From contig JBBQYD010000001.1 in the NCBI GenBank assembly GCA_038209025.1, positions 1-49,708 on the forward strand: a stretch of 49,708 nt of DNA, in the 5' to 3' direction. Each line of letters starts with the position of its first letter. Positions within the stretch are counted from its first letter, which is position 1. The notes below the pieces were generated by a model that saw nothing but the letters and a program-made list of their open reading frames with translations, was not told where the DNA came from and made no database searches. Both the position numbers and the translations under genes were made by a program. Shown here piece by piece: positions 28,689 to 39,321 of the stretch. Source of the DNA: Verrucomicrobiota bacterium. Lineage in GTDB: Bacteria > Verrucomicrobiota > Verrucomicrobiia > Limisphaerales > UBA8199.

Positions 28689-29201
28689 ATGATAGGTGCT
28701 ATGAATGGAACCGTTGAGCCAGCCACAACACGCCAGCTGGATTATCTGCGGGCGCACGGGTTTAATCCCGCGCACCCCTTGAACAAGGCTGAGGCAGTGG
28801 AGTTGATCAGGCGGGTATTCGCGCATCCCGGGGCGGTCCCGCTGGAGGAGCACGGCCCGCGTTATTTTCACGACCGGGTTGTAGGTGCCCGGCGGGCGGC
28901 GGATCAGGCCTGTGTCTCCGAATTGACAGATTGCCAGCACGCGGTCGAGGCCGCCATCGCCTCGCGGGAAGAGTTCTGGATGGATACTTGCCGGGATATG
29001 TCCGAACTGCCCCACGGCTCCGCGCAAGCATGGGAACTCTACCGAACCCATGGCTGCCTCTTCTGCTCACCCAATCGCGCGCAGGTGCAGGCAGTTCTGG
29101 CAGCCCTCGATGCCGGAGTGCCGGATTGGGACGCTGAACACCCGGAGCTCTTCTATGAGACGCTGCGATTGAACTTTCCCGAATTACAGCGGCGGGCGTA
29201 A
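28689..29201 (+). CDS. Hypothetical protein
   Basis: The ORF-track entry starts inside the antisense strand of the methyltransferase gene. A realistic start is the ATG at 28689 (or 28701). The composition is protein-like (TTRQLDYLRAHGFNPAHPLNKAEAVELI...) but no family was recognised. Confidence 0.45.
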   Translation: MIGAMNGTVEPATTRQLDYLRAHGFNPAHPLNKAEAVELIRRVFAHPGAVPLEEHGPRYFHDRVVGARRAADQACVSELTDCQHAVEAAIASREEFWMDTCRDMSELPHGSAQAWELYRTHGCLFCSPNRAQVQAVLAALDAGVPDWDAEHPELFYETLRLNFPELQRRA

Positions 29202-29356
29202 ATCGAGGTTCCATGGCCTTCCCGGGAGTTCGGCGGGCTGGCCAGGCGAAAACGATCGCTCGGCCCAGCGTACCGGAGGAATGATCCGGCAAAAGCCTGC
29301 GCGCCCGAATTTTTTCCCTGACGCCGCCTTCTGGAAGCAGTAATTTCGAACCGCTT

Positions 29357-30211
29357 ATGACCAACCAACTCGCTGCCATCGACCACGCCAAAGAAAAAGC
29401 GATAGACCTCAGCATGGAATACGGCCCCAAGGTGATGGTGGCCGCCTTGATCATGGTCGCCGGTGTTATTGCGGCGCGCTGGGTCTCCTTGATGGCGAGT
29501 CGCTGGCTGGCCAAGCTGCAACTGGAGCCGCCGGTGCGTCAACTGATGCTGCGCTTGGTTCGAGGCTTGGTTTTGCTGCTTTTCCTGCTAATTGCGCTGA
29601 CCAATCTGGAAGTCAAACTGCTGCCGTTAATTGCCGGACTGGGGGTTGCGGGAGCGGGTGTGGCGTTTGCCATGCAAGGGGTGCTTGGCAACCTGTTTGC
29701 GGGCCTCACGATCATTTTTACCCGGCCCTTCCGGGTGGGTGAGTACGTGGCGATGGTGGGCGTGGAGGGTCGCGTGGAAGCGATAGAGTTGTTCAGCACC
29801 TATCTGAGCCATCCGGACCAGTCCCGCATTGTGGTGCCGAATCGCAAGATCGTGGGTGAAATCCTGCATAACTACGGAAAAATCCGCCAGTTGGATGTCA
29901 TCGTGGGAGTTGCCTACAACACCGATCTCAACGCGGCCATGATGGCGATCAATACCGTGCTCGAAAAAAGCCGGCACGTGCTGAAGGAACCCGCGCACGT
30001 GGTGCGCGTCGCGGTCCTGGCAGACTCCTCCATCAATATCGCGATCAAGCCCTGGGTCCCCGTGCTCGATTACAGCGACGCCGCTGGGGAGATAACTCAG
30101 CAGGTGGTCGAGGAATTCCGACGCCGGAACATCTCCATTCCCTTCCCACAACGCGAGATTCGCCTCCTGAACGGGGCAGGCGCGGTGGAGGTGTCCGGAC
30201 GCCCGGCATAA
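29357..30211 (+). CDS. Small-conductance mechanosensitive channel (MscS family)
   Basis: Three N-terminal TM helices followed by LGNLFAGLTIIFTRPFRVGEYV...GRVEAIEL, the MscS pore/beta-domain signature. Confidence 0.85.
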   Translation: MTNQLAAIDHAKEKAIDLSMEYGPKVMVAALIMVAGVIAARWVSLMASRWLAKLQLEPPVRQLMLRLVRGLVLLLFLLIALTNLEVKLLPLIAGLGVAGAGVAFAMQGVLGNLFAGLTIIFTRPFRVGEYVAMVGVEGRVEAIELFSTYLSHPDQSRIVVPNRKIVGEILHNYGKIRQLDVIVGVAYNTDLNAAMMAINTVLEKSRHVLKEPAHVVRVAVLADSSINIAIKPWVPVLDYSDAAGEITQQVVEEFRRRNISIPFPQREIRLLNGAGAVEVSGRPA

Positions 30212-30241
30212 CCTTGGCATGCCGCCCCCGGTTTCGAGGCC

Positions 30242-32530
30242 TTACTGCGCCAGGCGCAGTTCAAGGATTTCCTGGCCGTAGGCAGGCAGGGCCAGCGTCA
30301 ACTTGCCCGCCTGAAGTGCTTCGCCCGAATAGCGGCCCAAAACCTTGCCTGACAATGCGGCGGTGACTTCGTAAGCCTGTTTGGTTTGCGTCCACGGGAC
30401 ATTGATGGCGCGTTTACCCGCTCCCCCGGCGCCCCGCACCACAACCACCGCCCCGGCGCCCTCCCGATTCAATTTACCCCACCAGTGCCAATCCTCATCG
30501 GTCGGCCCAGGCACACCGCTGAACTGAAAGTTCCGGTAAATGGAATACTCCCTTTCCAAACGTTTCAATAAATCAAACCGTCGCCGGTAATGCCGCACCT
30601 GGTCCTCCGTCAAGGATGCAAGGTCCCCCGCGTACGCCGCCGGAGCCCCCATAAGCCAACTGCAAATCTGACGGTCCTGGACCTCCGCGGTGAGGCTGCC
30701 GCGGAAGTTCACCGTGTGGGCCGCGTAATACTCCAAGGCATAGAGCGGGAGTCCGCGATGGGCAAAAAAACGCTGGCGGGCGTTGTAGCAGCCCGCAATC
30801 AGTTGTCGGCGCAACGTTGCCGGATCATACGCCCAACTGTCGCTGACCCGTTGTTTGGGATGGCCAACCCCGGCGTAATCGTTGGGTGGAATATGGTAGG
30901 CCGCCGCATGTTTCAGTACCGCCACATCGCAGGGCACCCCGGGGGTGCCCCAATAGATTTCATGAGTAATCTGCGACACCACCCCAGGGGCATGCCGCCG
31001 CAGCAGGTCTTGCGATTCCAACAGACCCCGCAATCCACGCAGAAGCGATTCCTTCCGGGTGCGGCTCTCGTGCCCTTCAGCCAGGTCTCCGAATTTGATG
31101 TTGGTGTAGTCCTGTTTAAAGTACGCGGCCCCGAAGCGCTCGCTGCGCCGGGCGAGGTCCCGCGCGTAGAACTCTCGCCAGGGACTGGCAAAACTCATGC
31201 CGAACCCGCCGTCACGCTTGATCAGCGGAACACTGCGGGCGTTCGGCAAAGCCCGCATATCCGGCGAATCGGCGGTGCGGAAGCAGGAAACCCAGAGGCC
31301 CAACTCAAGTCCGAGTGAGCGAATCTCCCGGCCCGTCGCTTCGAACTCGGGAAACCTGGCGGGGTCTGGTTCCGTGCCGATGGTGTCCCGCTGCCAACCA
31401 GAATCGAGCAGCAGAAGCACAAAGCCGCAGCGAGCCGCAATCCCGGCTTGCTCGCGGACGACGCGGTCGTTAATGGCCCAGCCAAAGTTTGACCAGGAAC
31501 ACCATTGCGGTGCCAGAATGGGTCCGGCGTCAGCCGCAATGCCGACCTGCCGCCGGAGAAAATCGAGATACACCCCTTCCACCGCGCGATCGCGAGCGGT
31601 GGAAACGGCGGAGAGCGTTTTCCAGGTGTCGCCGCTGTAAGCCAGCATGAACACGGGCTCGGAAACGAAGCGTTCCCCGGGGCCGAGCACCCATTCGAAA
31701 AGTTCCTCGGAATAACCCATGGCACCCGTGGCGGCGGTGTGCCGCAAAGCGGACGGAACCTCGTTGACCAGGATCAGTCCCCGTCGGCCAGCGGGATCGC
31801 CAAACGCAATGACGCACGGCCCGGCGCCCCGCTCGCCGGGAGTCAATGGTTCCCCGTGCTTGAAGTCCGTCCCGAGTTCAAAGTCATCCACCACCAGGTT
31901 CGAGAGCTTCAGCCACAGATTGCCCGCATTGGACACTTCAATCCATTTGCGGACCGCGGGAAAACCGTCGTAAATCTCAAAACAAAGCCTGACTTCGAGA
32001 CCCTTCAGCGGTGAGTTGGGCAATCCCTGGGCCGGAATGGTTAAGAGGCGCCGACCCGGCGCGGGCTGGGAAATCGTCACCTCGCCCGTTCTGAGATCCG
32101 GCCCCCAGGCGTTGGCCGCCAGCCGGGTTTGATCCCGCCAGGAGAGGGAGTCACCATGATTGGTCACGGATCGCGCTTCACGCAACCCATCGGTGCCGGA
32201 AAAATGGGCGGTGGTTTCAAGCGCGCTCGTGTCTTCGGCGGCCAGGCCTTTGGGCTTTCGGTTCGGGCTGGCGAAAGAAACGTTGAATGTCACGTCAGCC
32301 GCGGGCCGCGCCAGGCACTCTTGACCAGCAATCCGGATGCTGGCCGTGCTCGCCAGGCCGCCATCCACCCGAATCTCCCGGGAAAGAACTCCCGCGGTAA
32401 TTTGGATTTTGCCCGATGTTTGGCTGATGCCCCAGGCAGGGGCAGCCGACCCGCCTGCCGCGGTGAGGCACGAGAGGCTCAGGCCCAGGATGGCCGGCCA
32501 ACCCGGCGGCCGCCTACCAGAAATCGCCAT
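30242..32530 (-). CDS. Secreted clan GH-D-like (GH36/alpha-galactosidase-like) glycosidase, family unassigned
   Basis: Signal peptide ([19 protein letters not shown]), plus the motifs [13 protein letters not shown] and [11 protein letters not shown]. Its ATG at 32530 overlaps the upstream pseudopilin gene by 17 nt. Confidence 0.6.
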   Translation of the reverse strand: MAISGRRPPGWPAILGLSLSCLTAAGGSAAPAWGISQTSGKIQITAGVLSREIRVDGGLASTASIRIAGQECLARPAADVTFNVSFASPNRKPKGLAAEDTSALETTAHFSGTDGLREARSVTNHGDSLSWRDQTRLAANAWGPDLRTGEVTISQPAPGRRLLTIPAQGLPNSPLKGLEVRLCFEIYDGFPAVRKWIEVSNAGNLWLKLSNLVVDDFELGTDFKHGEPLTPGERGAGPCVIAFGDPAGRRGLILVNEVPSALRHTAATGAMGYSEELFEWVLGPGERFVSEPVFMLAYSGDTWKTLSAVSTARDRAVEGVYLDFLRRQVGIAADAGPILAPQWCSWSNFGWAINDRVVREQAGIAARCGFVLLLLDSGWQRDTIGTEPDPARFPEFEATGREIRSLGLELGLWVSCFRTADSPDMRALPNARSVPLIKRDGGFGMSFASPWREFYARDLARRSERFGAAYFKQDYTNIKFGDLAEGHESRTRKESLLRGLRGLLESQDLLRRHAPGVVSQITHEIYWGTPGVPCDVAVLKHAAAYHIPPNDYAGVGHPKQRVSDSWAYDPATLRRQLIAGCYNARQRFFAHRGLPLYALEYYAAHTVNFRGSLTAEVQDRQICSWLMGAPAAYAGDLASLTEDQVRHYRRRFDLLKRLEREYSIYRNFQFSGVPGPTDEDWHWWGKLNREGAGAVVVVRGAGGAGKRAINVPWTQTKQAYEVTAALSGKVLGRYSGEALQAGKLTLALPAYGQEILELRLAQ

Positions 32531-33320
32531 ACAGGTTCACGGGTGAGCTCATCAAGTAATTCGCATAGGCCGGGGGAAAACGAAAGTTTTTCACGCTCGT
32601 ATCACCCATGAGCAACGGAAACATTTGTTTGCCTTTGTCAGCATGCCAGCTCGTGCGCGAGTCTTTCGGGTCCCGGTTGGCATACCAATTCCAGTCCCCC
32701 AGCACGATCTTGGAACTCGGCTTCAGCGCCACCCGGGCACCTCTAATCGACTTCCAGGAAAACACACCGTTGACCAGTTTGCCCCCCACGTGCTCCACCC
32801 CGAAGTAATCTTTCCAGGCAATGTTGTAGGAATTGCCCCAGGCATCCCAGCAATTCTTCTGGACGGTGGGCCACCAGAAACTGTCGCCGCGGTCGGCCGG
32901 ACAATGGAACACCTCCACGTTTCGAACCACCGTGTTCAGCGGGCGATTGGTCACCTCAACATTGCCGCCGTGCAGGGAATTGCCTGGAACCTCGGTGCTG
33001 GCGCCACTATTCGTCCCCCGCTGCCCCCCGTAGGCGGCCCAGTCCTGAAAAGCCGGGAAGTCATCGTTGTTTTCATCCGCGTAGATTTGCATCGCGATCC
33101 CCATCTGGTGCTGGTTGCTGATGCATTTGGTGAGTGTCGCCTTGGTTTTGGCCCGGCTTAGCGCGGGAAGCAGCATGCCAGCCAGGATGGCAATTATCGC
33201 AATAACCACCAGCAACTCGATCAAGGTGAAGGCGCCGCGAGCCCCGCCCGCCGGCCGCTGGCGGCCAGCGCCGGGCAGTTTGGGCGGCCGCCCGCCGCGA
33301 AAGGTTCTCCGATTCATCAT
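32514..33320 (-). CDS. Prepilin-type N-terminal cleavage/methylation domain protein (degenerate H-X9-DG class)
   Basis: The ATG at 33320 gives MMNRR...[30 protein letters not shown]. The start lies 8 nt after the stop of the giant upstream gene. Confidence 0.8.
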   Translation of the reverse strand: MMNRRTFRGGRPPKLPGAGRQRPAGGARGAFTLIELLVVIAIIAILAGMLLPALSRAKTKATLTKCISNQHQMGIAMQIYADENNDDFPAFQDWAAYGGQRGTNSGASTEVPGNSLHGGNVEVTNRPLNTVVRNVEVFHCPADRGDSFWWPTVQKNCWDAWGNSYNIAWKDYFGVEHVGGKLVNGVFSWKSIRGARVALKPSSKIVLGDWNWYANRDPKDSRTSWHADKGKQMFPLLMGDTSVKNFRFPPAYANYLMSSPVNLYGDFW

Positions 33321-33328
33321 GTGACCTG

Positions 33329-36300
33329 TCAAGGGTATATCAGCCGATAAAACCCGCACCCGGATGTGGCAGCGGGCCAAATCACCCGGTTGGTGGTGGC
33401 AGACCCGCTCACGGTGATCCAATTGGTGGTCAAGCCGGTGCTGGCCGAGTTGGTTTGAAACTGCAGGGTCCAGCCCAGGTGCCCGGCCGGCCAGGATAGC
33501 TCCAGGGATTTATCCACCGGGTTGAGCATCACGGTAATGTTCGTAGGGTAGGTCGCCGCGCCCTGCTTAAGCCGCAAGGTGCCGTCCGTGCTCAGGGTGC
33601 TGGTGTCCCAGGCCAGCCCAGGGACCGGCACGGAGGGGACAATCGTGGCAAAGACGCCCGCATAACTGGCTGCCGAGAAGAGCTTGAAGGCATCGCTGGA
33701 GACCAGAGCCGGACTGCCGGTGAGGTTCAGTTTCAGGGTGCCTCCGTAGGTAAGCGTGGAGACGCCGTTGATGCTATCCTGGGTGGTGGTGGCGCCGGAT
33801 TTCCGCAGGGTCATTTCGATGGTTCCGTTGTTGATCATGTTGCCCAGCACATTGACCGCGCCGTTGGGCTTGCACACCTGGCCCGAGCTGAGCGTGAGCG
33901 TGCCGTTGGCCCGGGCGGCAGCGTCAAGGGTCGTGCCCGCCGCCAGCACCAGCGGGGTGGAGTTGGGAATGGCGCCGTTGCCGCTGAGCACCAGGGTGCC
34001 GGCGTTGACAACAGTGTCGCCACTATGGCTGCTGACGTTCGTAAGCACGAGCGAACCGCCTCCGTTCAATGTCAGGCTTACCTTGCGGGAGCCGGGACCC
34101 GCGTCGGCGAACACACACCCGGTGACCCAGGGAGCGTCCGCCAGGGAGGTCGCCACGGTCAGGCGCGAGTCGCTGGCGCCACTGCTATTGGTGATAATGG
34201 TCACGGGCGTGGCGCGCAGATTCTGCAATCCACTGACCGTCTGGTCATGCCCGGCCAGGTCCAAAACTCCACCGTCGGTGCGGAGTGTGGCGGCGGTGGC
34301 AACCGCGTCCTGGTTGCCGAGCTTCAGAACCCCGGCCAGGATGCGAAGGAACAGAAACGAATTACCGGTGGACCCCAGGGTCCAGGTGCCCCCGTCATCC
34401 TTCTGAACGCCCGCGCCCGGCAGGGAAATTGACCCGCGAATCAGGTTGTTCGTACCCGCGCCTCGGAACGAGATGAGATCGGTAAAGGCGGGGCCGCTAA
34501 TCGGGCCGTTGATTTCGAGGGCCCCATCAATGGACCTCACAATCATCGGACCGGCGCCACTAATCACTATCGCGCTGTTGATGCTGTTGGTGCCGCTTTC
34601 ATTCAAAATCCCCGCCCGGTTGTTGGCATCCACCGTATTGGCGGTCAAAGTGGCGTTCGCGGCCACTGCCGCTCCGTCGCGCAACGTCAGGCTGGTGCCA
34701 TCGCCGGCCCCCACACCGTTCAGCGTGATATTGGTTGAAAGGCCCACGGCGGCGGCGCCCACCGTCAGGTTGCCGCGATTCACCGTAACCGATCCGCTGA
34801 ATGTGTTGCTGCCCAGCAGGCGCAGGCTCAACGTGTTGTCCTTGATCAACTCACCCGGACCCGTGATCGAGTTCGACAGCGTAAGGACGCCCACGCGATC
34901 GAAGCGCAGGACGGCTTGGTTGGTCACGGGGCCGGTCCCGAGTGTGCCCCGCGTCGCCGCAACGCCTATCAAGTCACCCGCCCCTATGGTCAGCCGGCCG
35001 GATTCAACCAATGTCGGGCCAGTGTAGGTGTTGTCGATGTCCAGCGTCAGAGTGCCGAAGCCTTGCTTGGTGATGCGCGAGGTGCCCACGATCGCTCCAT
35101 TGGTCGTGCTGGAAAACACGTAATCGTAATCCGAATTCACCAGCACCGAGAGCGGATGAACCGGACGAGGCAGGTTGACATTAGGCGAGAGCCACCCCGC
35201 CACGCCAAAAAGCACGTTGTCGCCTTCCGAGTAGGCGAGGTCAGCCGCGCTGTCGTTGTTGCTATCCCAGAACAGGGAGACGCTATCCCAGTCGGCCGGG
35301 TTGCCGGTGCCCACCCAGCTCAAATTAAGCGGCGTGCGAACGACCAGCCGGGCCACCGTGCTGGTCTGCGCGTTGACCATATTGGTGACCACCACATCAT
35401 AGTTGCCATCATTGGTAAGCTGGGCTGAATCGATTGTGAACCAGTTGGAGGTCGCGCCGTCAATCGGCTGCTCATTGAAACGCCATTGATACCCGAAGGG
35501 CGCGGTTCCAGAGGCGGAGACTGAAAAGCTTGCCGCCTGGCCGACCGCGACGGTCACCTCCGCGGGCGGCGTATCAATCACCACCGGCAGGTTCTTGATC
35601 GCCAGCACGGCCACGTCGCTGGTCCGGGAACCGACTGAGCTGTTGATGACCACATCGTAATTCCCGATGTTTGTCTCCGCGACGAAGGGGATGAGATAAT
35701 TGCGGTTGGTGGCCTGGTCGATGGGCACTGCATTGAACCGCCATTGGTAGGCCAGGGGATCGGTTCCAAAAGCGGTCACCCGGAAGGGAGCCGACTGGCC
35801 CTGCTGCACAGTCTGGTTGGTTGGTTGCTCGTAAATGGTGATTGGAACCTCGATTTTGCTGGTGTTAAACATCATCTCGTTGGCGGCGCGCGCTTTCTTG
35901 CTCAGGCGCACTTCGTCGATCAAACCCACAAACGCGCCATTGGGGGTTGAGCGGCCCACGTTGCCGATCGCGAAGTCGGGGGTGCCCACCGCCAGGGGAT
36001 TGAGGTTGCCCATGGTTCCGGTGCCTATCAGAGCCGCCTCCACCCGGCTGGGCTCCATGAGCGTCCAATAGAACTTCAAGGTCCCGCCCGCGGCCGCGCC
36101 ATCAAAGGTAACCGCCACATGATACCAGTTGCCCTGGATGATCGCGTCGGGGCCGGTGACGGGAATGGGGACCGCCGCCCCGGAGTTGCCGGTACTGTTG
36201 AATAAATGCAGGATCATCACCCCGGACCCCGCCACGCCATTGGTGTGCATCCGCAATTGAAACGGCCGGTTGGCACTGCCATCATTTTCGGCGGTCACGA

Positions 36301-36745
36301 TGTAAAGCGGGGCGTTTCCGCGATTGAAGGTGGCGGGGTTGAAGTCAACGCGCACCAGCGCTTCGACGGTGAACTCGCCCGTGTCAGGGTTTGCATAGGC
36401 GAGGTACGTATCGTCGGCGGTGCTGCTGGCGAGCGGGCGGGCGGCCAGATAAGCGGATGTGCCGGCGGCGGTGCTTAGCGCCGAACCAAACCCGGGGTAA
36501 GCGGGGTTGCCCAACGTGGCTCCGCCCCCCAGGGCGGCCAGGTTTGTGCCGGCTGTGGCATTCAGCGCCGGAACCGCGCTTTCATTCAAGTGCCACAGTT
36601 GCAGCGTATCGGCATCGACCGAGTAAGGCCCCACAATCGCCGCCTGGGTGTTGCCCAAAAAGAACAGCAGCAGGCAGACGCTCAGGCCCAGGCCAAACCG
36701 GCCCAAGCAGCAATGGACATTTCTCGTTCCAGGATGTTCTTTCAT
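33329..36745 (-). CDS. Giant secreted surface protein: LamG-like domain, two Ig-like repeats, PATR (autotransporter-associated beta-strand) repeats and a C-terminal SWP...FYRL module
   Basis: 1138-aa ORF with a signal peptide ([16 protein letters not shown]). It has LamG-like [11 protein letters not shown]...LKFYW and Ig-like repeats (...YQWRFN...GNYDVV...). [17 protein letters not shown] is a PATR signature, and the protein ends [10 protein letters not shown]. Confidence 0.85.
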   Translation of the reverse strand: MKEHPGTRNVHCCLGRFGLGLSVCLLLFFLGNTQAAIVGPYSVDADTLQLWHLNESAVPALNATAGTNLAALGGGATLGNPAYPGFGSALSTAAGTSAYLAARPLASSTADDTYLAYANPDTGEFTVEALVRVDFNPATFNRGNAPLYIVTAENDGSANRPFQLRMHTNGVAGSGVMILHLFNSTGNSGAAVPIPVTGPDAIIQGNWYHVAVTFDGAAAGGTLKFYWTLMEPSRVEAALIGTGTMGNLNPLAVGTPDFAIGNVGRSTPNGAFVGLIDEVRLSKKARAANEMMFNTSKIEVPITIYEQPTNQTVQQGQSAPFRVTAFGTDPLAYQWRFNAVPIDQATNRNYLIPFVAETNIGNYDVVINSSVGSRTSDVAVLAIKNLPVVIDTPPAEVTVAVGQAASFSVSASGTAPFGYQWRFNEQPIDGATSNWFTIDSAQLTNDGNYDVVVTNMVNAQTSTVARLVVRTPLNLSWVGTGNPADWDSVSLFWDSNNDSAADLAYSEGDNVLFGVAGWLSPNVNLPRPVHPLSVLVNSDYDYVFSSTTNGAIVGTSRITKQGFGTLTLDIDNTYTGPTLVESGRLTIGAGDLIGVAATRGTLGTGPVTNQAVLRFDRVGVLTLSNSITGPGELIKDNTLSLRLLGSNTFSGSVTVNRGNLTVGAAAVGLSTNITLNGVGAGDGTSLTLRDGAAVAANATLTANTVDANNRAGILNESGTNSINSAIVISGAGPMIVRSIDGALEINGPISGPAFTDLISFRGAGTNNLIRGSISLPGAGVQKDDGGTWTLGSTGNSFLFLRILAGVLKLGNQDAVATAATLRTDGGVLDLAGHDQTVSGLQNLRATPVTIITNSSGASDSRLTVATSLADAPWVTGCVFADAGPGSRKVSLTLNGGGSLVLTNVSSHSGDTVVNAGTLVLSGNGAIPNSTPLVLAAGTTLDAAARANGTLTLSSGQVCKPNGAVNVLGNMINNGTIEMTLRKSGATTTQDSINGVSTLTYGGTLKLNLTGSPALVSSDAFKLFSAASYAGVFATIVPSVPVPGLAWDTSTLSTDGTLRLKQGAATYPTNITVMLNPVDKSLELSWPAGHLGWTLQFQTNSASTGLTTNWITVSGSATTNRVIWPAATSGCGFYRLIYP

Positions 36746-36830
36746 AGGCGTTGGTTGAATGTGATTTCGAAAACCGCTTTCGCTTCTATCTGATTTTCGA
36801 GCAGGTTAACACATCCCCGGCCGACGGTGA

Positions 36831-36866
36831 ATGGACAATCCTGCACGGCGGATGGACAATCCTGCA
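36831..36866. promoter_or_regulatory. Two perfect 15-bp direct repeats (atggacaatcctgca) with 21-bp phasing in the divergent promoter; candidate AraC-type operator
   Basis: The repeats lie at 36831-36845 and 36852-36866, between the giant-protein operon start (36745) and the probable AraC start (36915). Confidence 0.45.
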
Positions 36867-36914
36867 TTTGGATATGGACGGGCGGCCGGATTTCGGCTCC
36901 AATCAGCAGGTTCT

Positions 36915-37892
36915 ATGGGCAACATCGTCCATCACGGCACGCGCGCGGGACCCGGGTGGTGCCATTGGCGAACCCCGCCGGCGCTCATCGCTCGATACAC
37001 CTGCGCGCCGGCTATTTCGGACTTTCTGATCACCCGTTCCGGCTATTTCCCCCGGTGCTGGCGAAATTCCGCCTGGCGGCCCGAACCGCTTCCCCTGCAT
37101 GAGGCTGTAGTGGCAATGTGCCTTGCCGGCCGTGGCTGGATCAAGAACATGGACTCGCCAGAGCGTCCCCGGGTGCCTGTCACGCCAGGCGAAATCCTGG
37201 TGGTGCCCCCGGACACGCCACACTCCTACGGTGCCGATGAACAAGATCCCTGGACCCATCTCTGGTTTCACGCGAGTGGCGCCCGGCTGAACAATTTGCT
37301 GCAGGAACTGGGCGTCGCCGGGGGACCCTATAAAGGACGGCTTTCAAACATGGCCATCGTACGGGACAGTCTGCACCGGATTAACGAGCTGAGGCGCTCA
37401 GGCTGTGGCCGCGCCGTGCTGCTGGAAAGTGCCGCCCTGGGCGAGTTGGTGCTGGCCCGGTTGCACGCGGAGTCCTGCCTCCTCCCCGCCACCGCGGGGG
37501 CGGTGAACCGGATCGAAAGGCCCCCGGCGGAAAAGATTCGCAAGCTCGAACGAATCATCGCCATCCTGCAGGAGAATGTGCGCAAGGATTTCTCACTGGC
37601 CGGTGTCGCCGAGTCCTGCCATGTCTCTGAATCGTGGCTCTACCATACTTTCCAGGAGCGTACTGGATTCAGCCCCATGGGTTTCGTGATCCATTTGCGG
37701 CTGCAGGAAGCCTGCCGGTTGTTGGCCACGACCAATCAGAAATTGCAGGAGATCGCCGCTTCGGTTGGGTACAGCGACCCCTTTTATTTCTCACGCCTGT
37801 TCAAGAAACACCTGGGCCTGCCGCCTTCCCAATATCGCCAGGAATATTGTCATCGCGAGGTTTCGCCAGCGGTCAACGATCCTCACGGTTGA
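36915..37892 (+). CDS. AraC-family transcriptional regulator (cupin sensor plus HTH)
   Basis: The cupin part reads GEILVVPPDTPHSYGADEQDPWTHLWFHASG. The C-terminal double HTH reads LAGVAESCHVSESWLYHTFQ...IAASVGYSDPFYFSRLFKKHLGLPPSQYR. The ATG at 36915 was chosen so the CDS does not include the repeats; the start is uncertain. Confidence 0.85.
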   Translation: MGNIVHHGTRAGPGWCHWRTPPALIARYTCAPAISDFLITRSGYFPRCWRNSAWRPEPLPLHEAVVAMCLAGRGWIKNMDSPERPRVPVTPGEILVVPPDTPHSYGADEQDPWTHLWFHASGARLNNLLQELGVAGGPYKGRLSNMAIVRDSLHRINELRRSGCGRAVLLESAALGELVLARLHAESCLLPATAGAVNRIERPPAEKIRKLERIIAILQENVRKDFSLAGVAESCHVSESWLYHTFQERTGFSPMGFVIHLRLQEACRLLATTNQKLQEIAASVGYSDPFYFSRLFKKHLGLPPSQYRQEYCHREVSPAVNDPHG

Positions 37893-38151
37893 GTCCGGCA
37901 GCGAACGCCCGGATCTTAGCCCCCGGCGGCAAGGTAGGATCCCTCACACGCCACACCCATGCAAGCCATCCGAGCGGGAAGGCCAGGAAGAGGAGACCGA
38001 AATCTGCGAGCACTGAAACGGGAAATGGTGCCAGCACTCCCAACCTCGCGAACCTCTCAGCCCATTGGCGAATAAGGAACATTCCCGCAACCCCCACAGC
38101 GAACTGCATAGCAGAAATGAGCACAACGTCTCTTGTAGTTAATCTTCCCAT
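37873..38151 (-). CDS. Small hydrophobic protein (hypothetical)
   Basis: An ORF of about 92 aa from the ATG at 38151, with two or three hydrophobic segments (VVLISAMQFAVGVAGMFLI, FGLLFLAFPLGWLAWVW). It overlaps the 3' end of the AraC gene by 20 nt, and support is weak. Confidence 0.3.
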   Translation of the reverse strand: MGRLTTRDVVLISAMQFAVGVAGMFLIRQWAERFARLGVLAPFPVSVLADFGLLFLAFPLGWLAWVWRVRDPTLPPGAKIRAFAAGLNREDR

Positions 38152-38167
38152 AGCGTCGTTTCTCACC

Positions 38168-38240
38168 GGGTAGGCGCAGGCGGTTAACCCGCCCGAACCC
38201 CCCTAAGAACCGTGCGTGAAAGTTTCCCTTCACACGGCTC
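38168..38240 (-). mobile_element. Group II intron 3' fragment: domain V (38207-38240) and putative domain VI (38168-38203)
   Basis: The minus strand reads GAGCCGUGUGAAGGGAAACUUUCACGCACGGUUC. This is a 9-bp lower helix carrying the AGC triad, a 2-nt AC bulge, a 5-bp upper helix and a GAAA tetraloop, i.e. the canonical 34-nt domain V. A 3-nt linker then leads into a hairpin with a bulged A. No reverse-transcriptase ORF or 5' GUGYG end was found. Confidence 0.7.
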
Positions 38241-38450
38241 GAGCCTATCTAAGGACGCACCCCAGCGGGGCATCCCGGCAATCACGGGGAACAACGTCAG
38301 CATCCTGAGCCCTGTATACCCCTGCGCGGACGAGTTGACCAGTCCTTTTGCCGGGGCAGGGTGCGCCACGCAAAACAGCGGTGCCGCTCAAAATACGCGG
38401 TGTAAACGGGAATGGCACGAAGATAAGGAATCGCTCGTTTTGGGCTCTTC

Positions 38451-38960
38451 TTAGCGTTTGGGTGCATCTTTCATCAAGTGCCGGGGCCGAGTCATAAAGG
38501 GATAGGCTTTCGGACGGCGTTTTTGGCAACGAGGTTCGCGTCGGTCCGGACGTAGCGGCAGCAAGTCGGCCGCACGCCTTTGCGGAAGTCGCTGTTGCGG
38601 CTGGCGTGGAGGTGGAAGAGGCCATCGGTTTGGTGGAAAAGTTGGAGGGAAGCCAGGGACGCGTAGGAGCAGAAGTTGCGGTCCCCCACGAGGATGTCGC
38701 CCGGACAGAAAGTGGGCCACAAGTCCAGGAAGAGGGCATTCGGGTGAAAATGCGCTCCCGGCTGTTGTCGCCGGTGGCGTTCGGTTCGAGCAGCCGCGGG
38801 TCAATGCGCTGGGCACAGAGGCTTTCCAAGTGATGGAGCGGGCGGCGGCGCAAAGCCAGGCAGGCGTGTTTGAGCGGCGAGTGGAAGGAGCCCAGGAGCG
38901 GAGCGCTGGTAAACAGTAGTGTCTGTATGTATACAGACCCACTGCTTGACAGTCACGCTC
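38451..38960 (-). mobile_element. Internally deleted, frameshifted IS4-family-like transposase remnant
   Basis: DILVGDRNFCSYASLASLQL...HLHASRNSDFRKG resembles the first-Asp region of DDE IS4-type transposases. After a frame change it is followed directly by RPDRREPRCQKRRPKAYPFMTRPRHLMKDAPKR*, which resembles the family's extreme C-terminus. The central catalytic part is missing, and the boundaries are approximate. Confidence 0.5.
38914..38944. repeat. Imperfect 31-bp palindrome with a perfect core gtctgtat-gt-atacagac
   Basis: The perfect 8-bp arms lie at 38921-38928 and 38931-38938. The outer arms cagtagt/ccactg extend the pairing with one indel. It lies between the divergent transposase remnant and the small ORF at 38980. 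Confidence 0.7.
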
Positions 38961-38979
38961 AATCTTGCGATTCTTGGGA

Positions 38980-39321
38980 ATGCCACGAGAAACCAAACAT
39001 CCCTTGGGCCTCCTGCCCGCTGCCTATCAAAGCCTGCTGGCCCGCCTAGCCCGCTCCGGTTGGTTCTGCCAGGGCAGCGTCGTCTGCCGTTCGCTGCGCC
39101 GAAAAGTCGCGGGCAAGTGGGTGGAACGAGGACCGTATTACTTGTGGACCTGCAAACGCGAAGGTAAAACGATCTGTCACGCGCTGTCCGAGAGTCAGTA
39201 CTTGGCGGCTAAGGAAGCCATCAAAGCGAACCGCCAAGTTATGGAAACACTGGCAATATTACAGGGGATGACCCTCAAGACTATCCTCAAAAAAGTGCCC
39301 GGAGTCTCAAAACGCAAGTAG
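38980..39321 (+). CDS. Small conserved-looking hypothetical protein (GPYYLWTCKREGKT motif; possibly DUF6788-like)
   Basis: A protein-like ORF of 113 aa from the ATG at 38980. The motif ...KWVERGPYYLWTCKREGKTICHALSESQYLAAKEAIKANRQVMETL... recalls small proteins often found next to IS elements. The family call is from memory only. Confidence 0.45.
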   Translation: MPRETKHPLGLLPAAYQSLLARLARSGWFCQGSVVCRSLRRKVAGKWVERGPYYLWTCKREGKTICHALSESQYLAAKEAIKANRQVMETLAILQGMTLKTILKKVPGVSKRK

